64,000 bases of DNA from the NCBI GenBank assembly GCA_963701855.1, contig CAVPBK010000006.1, forward strand, positions 544,001-608,000, given 5' to 3'. The notes beneath the pieces were generated by a model. That model saw nothing but the letters and a program-made list of their open reading frames with translations, had not been told where the DNA came from and did no database searches. The stretch is from Nitrospirota bacterium (GTDB lineage: Bacteria; Nitrospirota; Nitrospiria; Nitrospirales; Nitrospiraceae). The position numbers and the translations under genes were made by a program. Of the stretch, positions 40,936 to 49,585 are shown in pieces; the stretch's first letter is position 1, and each line of letters opens with the position of its first letter.

Positions 40936-41655
40936 TTAGAGTTTCGGCAACACATCCCGTTCCGCTTTCGTCACATCTTCCATAAAATCGATTTCGGTCC
41001 AGGGAAGTCCACCGATCTTTTCATGCCCGACTTTGACGTCACGGAAAAATCCCACAAGCGCATCTTCATATTCCATCTGCCAGGCCTCACGATCCACATG
41101 GGTCTTGAGCGACGCAATCACATGCGGCGCATCGGCATGCCGGACCTTGAGGAACCCCACGCCTTCTCCGGCATAATCATAGTGTAACGGCATCGTTTTC
41201 GTCAGTGCAATCACGCGCCCGCCTTCGACCACGACCATGCACTCTTCCCCTGTCTGCTTAACGGTGTCGTCCATGAGCAGCGCGTTCTCATAGGGAGATT
41301 GTACCAAACGGCGCAAGATCTCTTGATGAAAGAGCACGTCTGCATCCATGACGATTGCGTCGTCATCCAATGCCGTGCGCGCGATCCAGAGCGAGGAAAT
41401 GCTGCCGCGATGGAACTGCTCATTCACAAGGAAATTCACGCGCATGCCACAAGAATTCGCTGCCACAGCCGCGCGAATCATCTCCTGCTTGTAGCCCACC
41501 ACCATGTCGGCACAGTGAATACCGACGCTCCGAAGCGACGTGAGGTAGCGATGCAAGAGGGTCTGCCCGCCGATCTCGATCAGGCACTTAGGCCGATGCT
41601 GCGTGACCTGCCACAGGCGCTTCCCGACCCCGGCTGCGAGAATAACGGCTTTCAT
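40936..41655 (-). CDS. Phosphocholine/phosphonate cytidylyltransferase (LicC/PntC-like)
   Basis: ILAAGVGKRL..PKCL, MDADVLF, GEGVGF, EYED, WTEIDFMED. Confidence 0.85.
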   Translation of the reverse strand: MKAVILAAGVGKRLWQVTQHRPKCLIEIGGQTLLHRYLTSLRSVGIHCADMVVGYKQEMIRAAVAANSCGMRVNFLVNEQFHRGSISSLWIARTALDDDAIVMDADVLFHQEILRRLVQSPYENALLMDDTVKQTGEECMVVVEGGRVIALTKTMPLHYDYAGEGVGFLKVRHADAPHVIASLKTHVDREAWQMEYEDALVGFFRDVKVGHEKIGGLPWTEIDFMEDVTKAERDVLPKL

Positions 41656-42734
41656 ACTGTGCCGCAAATCCGTTCAAATGCGTCGAGGAATCCGACCAAC
41701 TGCGCCTCCGTGAGGGCTCCCATATTCGCGACACGGAAAATTTGGCTCTGGAGCTGGCCTTGACCCGCATAGATCACGTAGCCTTGATCCTTTAGCCGAT
41801 CGTGCAATGATTGATAGGTCACACCCTCGGGAAGGTAATAGGCGGTGATCGTGTTGGACAGTTTGTCGGGGGACAGGAGCGGCTTCATGCCGAGTTTCGC
41901 CATACGGTCTCTGATTAAGGTCGCAACTTTCTTGTACCGTTGAATCCGCTTGGCGACCCCTTCCTCCATGAGTTCGTTCAAGGCTTCGTCGAACGCGTAA
42001 TAGACCTGCACAGCCGGCGTAAACGGAATCGTCCCACGACCTTGGTCGTCCACATATTGGGTGATGTGAAGATAGATCGACCGTCTGGGGTAGGCACGCA
42101 TCCGCTCCAGAAATCCCTTGCGGACGAGCACGAAGGACACACCGGGGAATCCCTGGATACATTTTCCCGCTGTACCCGCCACCATGTAGATATGCGACCC
42201 GGCGATATCCAGCGGCTCCCCCGCCAAGGCACTGACCGCATCAAGAATAAACACGCGGTTCTGGCTGTCCACGACATCCGCGATTTCTTTGACCGGATTG
42301 ATGAGCCCGGTGGTTGTTTCATGATGGACCATGGCAACTGCATGGGCTTCCGGGTGTTGCCGCAGTGCGAGCCGCAACCGTTCAGGGTCCGGCTTTGTCG
42401 TCCAATCGTATTTAAGTTCGGACACGCCCAGGCGATAGAGGCCGGCCATCTGGGAAATGCGTTCGCCGTATACGCCGTTGTTCAGCACCAGCATCCGTTT
42501 GCCGGATGGGAGCGCCGACATCACGGCGGACTCGACTGCCGCAGTACCCGATCCAGTCAACACCACCGCGGCATAATCCGCTTCCGCCCCCGGCACAAAG
42601 AGCTTTAGCAGCTTCGCCTGAATCCCGAGCAAGAGCTCAGTAAATTCCGATTCCCGATGGCAAACATCCGGACGCAACAGTGCCTGCCGCACCCGCTCCG
42701 ATACGTTGACCGGTCCTGGATTCAATAGAACCAC
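41652..42734 (-). CDS. Class V aminotransferase, 2-aminoethylphosphonate transaminase-like (PhnW/AepZ)
   Basis: LLNPGPV, GSGTAAVE, VHHETTTGLINP, DAVS, KCIQGFPG, FTPAV, YVIYAGQG. Confidence 0.85.
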   Translation of the reverse strand: MVLLNPGPVNVSERVRQALLRPDVCHRESEFTELLLGIQAKLLKLFVPGAEADYAAVVLTGSGTAAVESAVMSALPSGKRMLVLNNGVYGERISQMAGLYRLGVSELKYDWTTKPDPERLRLALRQHPEAHAVAMVHHETTTGLINPVKEIADVVDSQNRVFILDAVSALAGEPLDIAGSHIYMVAGTAGKCIQGFPGVSFVLVRKGFLERMRAYPRRSIYLHITQYVDDQGRGTIPFTPAVQVYYAFDEALNELMEEGVAKRIQRYKKVATLIRDRMAKLGMKPLLSPDKLSNTITAYYLPEGVTYQSLHDRLKDQGYVIYAGQGQLQSQIFRVANMGALTEAQLVGFLDAFERICGTV

Positions 42735-42838
42735 AACACCCCCCGTTAATCGTTAACCGTACAATGTTAATCGCAGAAAGGGCCAACCTTCATTCTTTAG
42801 TCGAACTGCCATTCACAAATACCGTTGTTCGAGTCACG

Positions 42839-43417
42839 TCATTCGATCGCCTGCATGAACCGTTTCGTAATATCCGGTGGATCCAGCATCACGCGCCCGG
42901 CATCTTCCACCATCTCGTTGACTTTCACCAGCAACATGCTCGGCCCGTCTTTCTTCAGCATATCTTTGAATTCATAGACGAGATCTTCGCGTTCCCGCAC
43001 TCGTTCAACGTTCACATACCCGGCTGCCTTCGCGACCTTCTCAAGCGGGACCACATTGGATATCGTCGGCTGATTGCCGGTTGTGCCGTAGACTTCATTG
43101 TCGAACACCACATGAATAAAATTCTTCGGCCTCAGCGCCCCCACCGTCGCGAGCGTCCCCATGCCCATGAGGACGTTCCCGTCGCCGTCGAAGACGATCA
43201 CTTGTTTATTCGGCTTCGACAACGCCACGCCCAGTGCAATCGCCGCCGCCGATCCCATCGACCCGATCATATAGAAATGAGTCGGCCGGTCGGCAATCTT
43301 TTGCGCTTCACGAGATGGAAATCCATTACAAATGACGACGGGCTGGTCGGTGAGCAACTCTAACAGCGCGGCCATCGCCATGGCCCGGCTCTGCATGGTA
43401 CCTTCTTCGGGCCTCAT
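42839..43417 (-). CDS. Phosphonopyruvate/sulfopyruvate decarboxylase beta subunit (ThDP)
   Basis: FYMIGSMG, DGDGNVLM...DN, TTGNQPT. Confidence 0.85.
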   Translation of the reverse strand: MRPEEGTMQSRAMAMAALLELLTDQPVVICNGFPSREAQKIADRPTHFYMIGSMGSAAAIALGVALSKPNKQVIVFDGDGNVLMGMGTLATVGALRPKNFIHVVFDNEVYGTTGNQPTISNVVPLEKVAKAAGYVNVERVREREDLVYEFKDMLKKDGPSMLLVKVNEMVEDAGRVMLDPPDITKRFMQAIE

Positions 43418-43449
43418 CGATCCTGCTCCTTCATCGCCCCCTCACACCG

Positions 43450-43947
43450 CTAAGGATGTAACCCCTTCACGACGCCCTTTGTAATATTCAGTGCCACGGG
43501 AATCCGTTTCTTCATAAATGTCTCGGCCACCCACTTCAGATCGTCGATGGCCGTCTTTTCCGTCAACGTCCGATGAGGGATCTTCATTGTATCAAGAAAC
43601 TGCGGCATGACTTCGCCCATCACCAGATGCTCCGGCGCATCTTTGCCGCCTTGACCACGCCAGGACACGATCAGAATGCAAGGCTGCCGATAGATATAGT
43701 TGAGGGAGATGAGCGTATTCAGCGATGTCCCAAGCCCGGAGTTCTGCATCAAGACGGCGGGAATCTTGCCGGCCATATAAGCCCCGGCTGCCATGGCTAC
43801 GGCTTCGTCTTCGCGCACCGCTGGGGTGTAGAGACGCCGCTCCATCAACTCGGCAATGATGCCACCCAGGATCGAGTCTGGAACCCCCGTAAAGAAATCC
43901 ACCCCCATATCTTGAAGCGCTTGGACAAACGCATCGCTTTCAATCAT
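43450..43947 (-). CDS. Phosphonopyruvate/sulfopyruvate decarboxylase alpha subunit
   Basis: FFTGVPDS, REDEAVAMAAG, MQNSGLG, WRG...DAPEH..MG. Confidence 0.87.
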   Translation of the reverse strand: MIESDAFVQALQDMGVDFFTGVPDSILGGIIAELMERRLYTPAVREDEAVAMAAGAYMAGKIPAVLMQNSGLGTSLNTLISLNYIYRQPCILIVSWRGQGGKDAPEHLVMGEVMPQFLDTMKIPHRTLTEKTAIDDLKWVAETFMKKRIPVALNITKGVVKGLHP

Positions 43948-43988
43948 GTATCGAATCCTTGCCCCAACGCACATAGAAAAACCGGCGC

Positions 43989-44018
43989 ATTATAAGCTAT
44001 GCCTTCGGACATTCTCAA
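43989..44018 (-). promoter_or_regulatory. sigma70-type promoter for the decarboxylase operon
   Basis: TTGAGA-18-TATAAT on the minus strand. Confidence 0.55.
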
Positions 44019-44067
44019 CAAAACTGCGGGAGTTGCGCCATACGATTGGCCATGGTAGCGTTCTGCC

Positions 44068-44601
44068 ATGATCGGACTACAAAGACCTCATATAGGTCGA
44101 TACCTGAGCCTGCTGGGACTCCTGCTCTGTCTGAGCCGCCCCTTCCCTGTCCATGCGGTGCCAATGGTGAATGATCCGAACGGTTTTCAGAGCCTGGCCT
44201 GGGGTATTGCCCTGACCACGAGGCCGGATCTGGAAATCGCCAGAGCAGGCCCGCATATAAATGAATACCAACTGAAAGACAGCCCGCCATCGTATGCCGG
44301 AGTCCCGGTTGAGAGTCTCCATTTAGTATCTGTCGACGAGCAATTCGCCCGCGTGACCATCCACTATCAAGGTGAGGGTCGGCACAAACAAATCCTCGCC
44401 TACATGGAGCGACAGTTCGGTTCTCTTGAGCGCATCCCAGGACAGATGATGCGGGGCCTCAATCAGCAGTATACGTGGCGCGGGACTGATACTGAGATCA
44501 ACGTGACGTACCATGCGAACACGGAGAGGGGATTTATCTTCATCGACAGTCGAACCCTCGCCCCTCTGTTCAACGACCATATATCCGATTCGGCGGAGTA
44601 A
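44068..44601 (+). CDS. Secreted hypothetical protein (paralog of next gene)
   Basis: Signal peptide; NDPNGFQSLAWG, FARVTIHYQG. Confidence 0.78.
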   Translation: MIGLQRPHIGRYLSLLGLLLCLSRPFPVHAVPMVNDPNGFQSLAWGIALTTRPDLEIARAGPHINEYQLKDSPPSYAGVPVESLHLVSVDEQFARVTIHYQGEGRHKQILAYMERQFGSLERIPGQMMRGLNQQYTWRGTDTEINVTYHANTERGFIFIDSRTLAPLFNDHISDSAE

Positions 44602-44602
44602 C

Positions 44603-45142
44603 ATGCCGCGCTGGCCCCGCACAGACCATTGGATCCGCCATGTCTCCCTCATCATCCTTTTCTTCTCGCTCATCCTGCATGGCACCCCGGCTTTCGCCGT
44701 GCCGATACAGAACGATCCAAACGGGTTCGAAGGAATCCCCTGGGGCGCAACGTTTTCAGAAACCGATACGTTCGTGAAAGTCGAGGACACCGGTCGGTCT
44801 CAAATCTATGAATTAAGGACTGGGGCTCCTCTGCTTGGCACAGCACAGGTCGACTCCATGCAATTCGTAACTTCCGAAGGCAAGTTTGCACGTGTCACCA
44901 TCCGTTACCAAGGCAAGGCGACTCACGACAAGATTCTTGCCTATCTCCAATCCCTCTATGGCCCGCTCGACCACACACCAGGACAGATCGCCGGCGGTTC
45001 CGTCAAATTATTTAGCTGGACTGGGTTCGAAACCGATGTGACCCTCCGATATGAGACCGGCATCGATCGCGGCATCATTTTTTTCGAAAGCCAGGAGTTC
45101 CGCCGAAAAATGACCGACAGCAATTCAGCCACCGTGTTTTGA
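44603..45142 (+). CDS. Secreted hypothetical protein (paralog of previous gene)
   Basis: Signal peptide ending AFA; NDPNGFEGIPWG, FARVTIRYQG. Confidence 0.78.
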   Translation: MPRWPRTDHWIRHVSLIILFFSLILHGTPAFAVPIQNDPNGFEGIPWGATFSETDTFVKVEDTGRSQIYELRTGAPLLGTAQVDSMQFVTSEGKFARVTIRYQGKATHDKILAYLQSLYGPLDHTPGQIAGGSVKLFSWTGFETDVTLRYETGIDRGIIFFESQEFRRKMTDSNSATVF

Positions 45143-45177
45143 CTGACACCCCCTGCCTACCTATCTGAAGCATCTTA

Positions 45178-45441
45178 GCGGGATGCTCAAAAAGTTCAGA
45201 CTTCTCACCCGCCCAACCCTGGCGCGCCAAGACGCGCCGTTCCACAGGCAAAGCCGCAGACGATGAAAGCACCGGAGGCGTAGCCTCTTCTCACCCGCCC
45301 ACCCCAAGCTGCCAAGACAGCTTGTTCTCCGAGTGGGCTACGTTGAGGATGCTTTCGAGGTGAGAACGCTGCCTGGCGAAAGGCGCGTCTCGGCGCGCCA
45401 GGGTTGGGCGGGTGAGAACGGAGACTTTTTCAGCATCCTGC
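45178..45441. repeat. Intergenic repeat family A, long nested form
   Basis: Terminal IR plus internal IR CTCACCCGCCCAACCCTGGCGCGCC / GGCGCGCCAGGGTTGGGCGGGTGAG. Confidence 0.85.
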
Positions 45442-45602
45442 CTGGAAACCCTTGCCAATTGTGCCAGGACCCCCTACTCCCCCCTCTTCCGATGGGGCTT
45501 TTATCCCCTCTCATTGGGGATTGTTGAAATTTTTGAATACGGTATTCTCAAACTGTCGCCGGGGGATAGCAGAACCTCGGCGGAACCACTGAGGAGGCAC
45601 TG

Positions 45603-46019
45603 ATGAAGCTGGTCCACCCCATTCTCAAAGTCAACCACCAGAAAGCCCATTCGCTCTTGGATCGGCGCTATGCCGAACGGGTTCCGATTGGGTATCGAAT
45701 CAGCTACTCCGGGGAAGAAGGTGCACGGATCGTCAAAGGAGAGGGATTCCTGAAAGATCTCTCCAAAACTGGCTGCAAGATCCTGGGCGCGACCACGAGC
45801 TCGCTCGGTAGCAGGCTCACTCTGCTCCTAGACTTTGAAGATGGACAAGCCTCTTTGCGCCTTACCGACGTCATCGTCTCCTGGATTTCCAAAGACTCCT
45901 TTGCCGTCAGATTCCCCAAGTTGTCAGCAGAAGAACGAAGGCGGGTACAAGAAGTTATCTGGAAAAATGTCAGCCTGTCGTCCTTAGACGATCAACGGAC
46001 TGCGTTCCGCATCATCTAA
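45603..46019 (+). CDS. Stand-alone PilZ domain protein
   Basis: RYAER and DLSKTG. Confidence 0.85.
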   Translation: MKLVHPILKVNHQKAHSLLDRRYAERVPIGYRISYSGEEGARIVKGEGFLKDLSKTGCKILGATTSSLGSRLTLLLDFEDGQASLRLTDVIVSWISKDSFAVRFPKLSAEERRRVQEVIWKNVSLSSLDDQRTAFRII

Positions 46020-46047
46020 GCATCGATCCAACACCACGGAGAAAATC

Positions 46048-46446
46048 ATGGGTCCTCACACCCCTGCACCCGTCACCAGCGTCGCTGAATTCCCGGGCCA
46101 ATCCGATCGCCGGCATAACAACCGAACCCCGGCGCTCTTCTCTTTGCTCTATTCCGGTATAAACACTGGCCAAATGCTGATAGGTGATGGCACCGCCTCT
46201 AACCTCTCACGAAGCGGGATCGGCATTCGCGGGAACCGATCAGTCACACCCGGCATGGAAATGGCCCTCTTTATTGACCTTCCTGGACTGGGAGAGCCAC
46301 TGTGCATTGCCCAGGGCCGCGTCTCCTGGGTTGAGGGACGTCGATTTGGAATGGAGCTGGGACCCATGAAGCTGGAGGGGGAGAAGCATCTGCAATTCTT
46401 CTTGTGGGATCGCGTCACCCCTTCAGATCGAGATAGTGACATCTGA
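46048..46446 (+). CDS. Stand-alone PilZ domain protein
   Basis: RHNNR and NLSRSG. Confidence 0.85.
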   Translation: MGPHTPAPVTSVAEFPGQSDRRHNNRTPALFSLLYSGINTGQMLIGDGTASNLSRSGIGIRGNRSVTPGMEMALFIDLPGLGEPLCIAQGRVSWVEGRRFGMELGPMKLEGEKHLQFFLWDRVTPSDRDSDI

Positions 46447-46475
46447 GACCGTAACAGGAGCACGGAGGTGTCCTC

Positions 46476-46862
46476 ATGAAACGAGAACAGATCACATCTA
46501 GAAACGGGCTTCAGTCTGTGACAGGAGCGATCAATCGGAGGCAAGACCCTCGCCCCTCGGTAGAGTTCGGATTGATGTACTCAGCTCAAGACCATTCCGG
46601 TGAGATCCTCATGGGCGATGGCATGGTGACAGATCTCTCGCCCACGGGATTAGGCATTCGCGGCAATGCCCCTGTCACACCGGAGATGGAACTCACGATT
46701 TTTCTCTACCTCCCCGATGGAAAAGACCCGCTCTTTGTGATGGAAGCGAGGGTGGCCTGGACTGCAGGACATCGGTTCGGAGTCGAGATCCTGAAGATGA
46801 ACTTACGGGAACGAAACCGACTCAGTTCTTTCTTACGCTCGAATCTCGTGCATTCCGATTAG
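46476..46862 (+). CDS. Stand-alone PilZ domain protein
   Basis: RQDPR and DLSPTG. Confidence 0.85.
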   Translation: MKREQITSRNGLQSVTGAINRRQDPRPSVEFGLMYSAQDHSGEILMGDGMVTDLSPTGLGIRGNAPVTPEMELTIFLYLPDGKDPLFVMEARVAWTAGHRFGVEILKMNLRERNRLSSFLRSNLVHSD

Positions 46863-46889
46863 ATCGATTGCCTGCTCACGGAGAACTCG

Positions 46890-47348
46890 ATGACCACACG
46901 ACGAAAGACGCACAAACGAGCGACGACCCATCGCCAAATTCAGGCCACTGACCGCAGAGCGGCTCAGCGGGTCCCTGTTCAAATCATGGTTCGATTTTCA
47001 GCAACAGACAGCTTCCAGCATGTTGGCCAGGGGGTTGCTCTTGACCTGTCTGAGAGCGGGTGTAAACTCTGCAGCACACTGATGTTGCCACTGGGAAGCT
47101 TCTGGGATCTCTACCTGACAATCCCCGAGACATCCCATCCGATCCTCATCTCGAAGGTTCGGGTAGTCCGGGTCGAGGGAAACGAATACGGAATCGAATT
47201 TCTTCTCGTCACGGAACGAGAGCGAACCCGGTTACGCCATTTCATCTGGAAACATATGAACCACTCCACAGTCAGAGGTGGACCTCCATTATTTACCCTC
47301 GTCGACCATTCATCCATACATCGGCCACGTCTCAAATCCCTGCTCTAG
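46890..47348 (+). CDS. Stand-alone PilZ domain protein
   Basis: RAAQR and DLSESG. Confidence 0.85.
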   Translation: MTTRRKTHKRATTHRQIQATDRRAAQRVPVQIMVRFSATDSFQHVGQGVALDLSESGCKLCSTLMLPLGSFWDLYLTIPETSHPILISKVRVVRVEGNEYGIEFLLVTERERTRLRHFIWKHMNHSTVRGGPPLFTLVDHSSIHRPRLKSLL

Positions 47349-47590
47349 TCCGCATGATTCATGAAGCTTCTGCTGCACGCGCGGATACGCGGCTATGACA
47401 GGCCATCTCGCCGTTTAGCCCTTTGACATACTGTTGGGGACTGGCACTCTTCTTCTCGGTGCCTATCCCCGTCTGAAGAGCGGGGCAGGCACTGCCGCAG
47501 ACGGCAGAGCCAGTCCCTGGCCTCCGTGTGCCGGTATCACTTCACGTCTGCACGCTTTCGCGACGAAGGTTCATGAATCATGCGGGCTAG
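47345..47590. mobile_element. MITE-like element bounded by CTAG
   Basis: CTAGTCCGCATGATTCATGAAGCTTC ... GAAGGTTCATGAATCATGCGGGCTAG terminal IR; no ORF inside. Confidence 0.65.
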
Positions 47591-47630
47591 AGCGATTTTG
47601 ACCTAATGCTTGTTCTCTAGAAACGCTGCG

Positions 47631-47659
47631 TGCTAGGATAATGGTGAGTGAGCACTTAC
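47631..47659 (+). promoter_or_regulatory. Extended -10 and probable TetR operator
   Basis: TGcTAGGAT followed by the imperfect palindrome GTGAGTG-AG-CACTTAC. Confidence 0.5.
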
Positions 47660-47664
47660 TTACC

Positions 47665-48306
47665 ATGAAAAAACGAATTGCCCGGGTCCCGAGCGGGCAG
47701 CGGGCTTCTGCGCGCGACCGTCAAGCCAGCCTCATCATGGCCGCCGCTTCCCTCTTCGCCGCGAAAGGGTTCAACGGCACCACCACAAAAGAAATTGCCA
47801 GAGTGGCGGGTATAAGCGAGGCCTTGGTCTTCAAATATTTCCCGACGAAACGGACGCTCTACGCCGCAATCCTGGAAGAAAAGGTCACCGTCAACGAACT
47901 GCTCGAAGCGGTGGAGGTTGCGGCCAAGAAACACGACGACTATCACGTGTTTACGATGATAGCGCGCTATCGTATTCGCCCCGGCGTCGATTCGACGTTC
48001 TTGCGACTCCTCTTGTTCAGCGCGCTGGAAGGGCATGAACTATCCGACATGTTCTTCGGGAAGCACCACAAAGTGTTCTACGATCACCTCGCCGCGTACA
48101 TTCGTACAAGGATTGAAGACGGCGCATTTCGCGCGGTCGATCCCCTCCTGGCCGCCCGCGCATTCATCGGCATGGTTGTCCATCACCGTCTGCTCCATGA
48201 GATCTTCGGGGTCCCGATGCATCAATCCCATGAGGAAACGGTGGCATCCTACGTCGACCTCTTCCTTACCGGACTGATTAAAGCGCCGGGAAGGATCTCG
48301 CAATGA
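47665..48306 (+). CDS. TetR/AcrR family regulator
   Basis: FAAKGFNGTTTKEIARVAGISEALVFKYFPTK HTH. Start may be 47641. Confidence 0.93.
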   Translation: MKKRIARVPSGQRASARDRQASLIMAAASLFAAKGFNGTTTKEIARVAGISEALVFKYFPTKRTLYAAILEEKVTVNELLEAVEVAAKKHDDYHVFTMIARYRIRPGVDSTFLRLLLFSALEGHELSDMFFGKHHKVFYDHLAAYIRTRIEDGAFRAVDPLLAARAFIGMVVHHRLLHEIFGVPMHQSHEETVASYVDLFLTGLIKAPGRISQ

Positions 48307-49478
48307 ATCCCCTGAAACAACATCCGATTGTCACGCTCGGAGTGATCATTTTTTTTGCGGTCTCGGCCCTCGTCGTGTTTCGCCTCAGCAGCGGCGCCAA
48401 GACCGACACCCGCAAAGCCCGCATCATCACCGTCGCCACTGCGGCGCCGCTGAAACAGGACCTCGACGTTCGGCTTGCCTATACCGCCGACATCACCCCC
48501 AACCAAGTGGTCAATCTGTTTTCACGGGTCGACGGCTACATTGCCAAGGTCTACGTCGAGAAAGGCGACTTGGTCAAAGCCAACCAGCTCCTGATCGAGA
48601 TCGATCACTCGGATTATCGGCATGCCGTCGACCAGGCCAAGGCAAATCTGGCCGCAGCCAGAGCGAGAGTCGCGCAGCAGGATGCGAGTGTCCGCAATAC
48701 CACCCTCACGCTGAGCCGGATGCAGGCGCTGATCAAAGACCAGTTTGTCTCGCAGCAAGATATGGATAACGCACAAGTTGCGTACGACGCGGCGGCGGCG
48801 GCGCTCGACTCACTCCGCGCACAGGTCCAGCAGATGGAGGTCGCCCTGGCGCAGGCTGAGACGAACCTCGCCTACTCGTATATCCGCGCGCCCTTCGCGG
48901 GCTATGTGGCCGAGCGCAACCTCGATCTCGGCGCCTATGTCAGCGGGACAACCGCCGGCACTTCCACCATCTCGCGCGGGATTCTCACCCTCCATGAAAT
49001 TCAGACGGTCCGCATTCTGATCGAGGTCGTCGAGAAAGATGTCCCACTTGTCCATGTGGGTCAAAGGGCAGAAGTACGCGCCGAGGCCTATCCCGATCGC
49101 GTCATCGAGGGCACAGTCACCCGTGTCGTTCAGGCCCTGAACCGGGCCACCCGCACGATGACGATCGAAGTGGATCTCCCCAACAAGGATCATGTCCTGA
49201 AAGGCGGCATGTTCGCCCGTGTAGAAGTCCTGGTCGGCACCCATCGCAGCGCGATTCAGATCCCCATCGACGCAGTGAGTCGATTGGAAGACTCCCAATA
49301 TGTCTACATCGTGCGCGAAGGAAAGGCCCAACGGGTGCCGGTGGAGATCGGAGCCCGCGACGAGAATCGAGTGGAGATCACCAAGGGCTTGGACGGGTCG
49401 GAGCAGGTGATCGTCTCCGGAAAAGATCTCGTACACGACGGCAGCCCCGTGCAGACGCAACCGCTCACTCAGTCCTGA
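48303..49478 (+). CDS. RND efflux periplasmic adaptor (MFP)
   Basis: SRVDGYIAKVYVEKGD, alpha-hairpin, IRAPFAG, ATRT..LKGGMF. Confidence 0.93.
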   Translation: MNPLKQHPIVTLGVIIFFAVSALVVFRLSSGAKTDTRKARIITVATAAPLKQDLDVRLAYTADITPNQVVNLFSRVDGYIAKVYVEKGDLVKANQLLIEIDHSDYRHAVDQAKANLAAARARVAQQDASVRNTTLTLSRMQALIKDQFVSQQDMDNAQVAYDAAAAALDSLRAQVQQMEVALAQAETNLAYSYIRAPFAGYVAERNLDLGAYVSGTTAGTSTISRGILTLHEIQTVRILIEVVEKDVPLVHVGQRAEVRAEAYPDRVIEGTVTRVVQALNRATRTMTIEVDLPNKDHVLKGGMFARVEVLVGTHRSAIQIPIDAVSRLEDSQYVYIVREGKAQRVPVEIGARDENRVEITKGLDGSEQVIVSGKDLVHDGSPVQTQPLTQS

Positions 49479-49585
49479 GTTCTGAGCGGAATTTGCCGAT
49501 GTTGGGTGACGCGGAAGAATAATGCAAGCACACCTAAAATGATCTTGTACCCAACACCCAGCACCCAGCACTCAGCACTTTCATC

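Noticed and set aside
42839..43947. Coenzyme M biosynthesis (comDE)
   Set aside because: No comA/B/C in the window; neighbours are transaminase, cytidylyltransferase and lipid transferase genes.
45445..45600. c-di-GMP riboswitch or sigma54 promoter ahead of the PilZ array
   Set aside because: Only short hairpins; no GEMM consensus and no correctly spaced TGGCAC-N5-TTGC.
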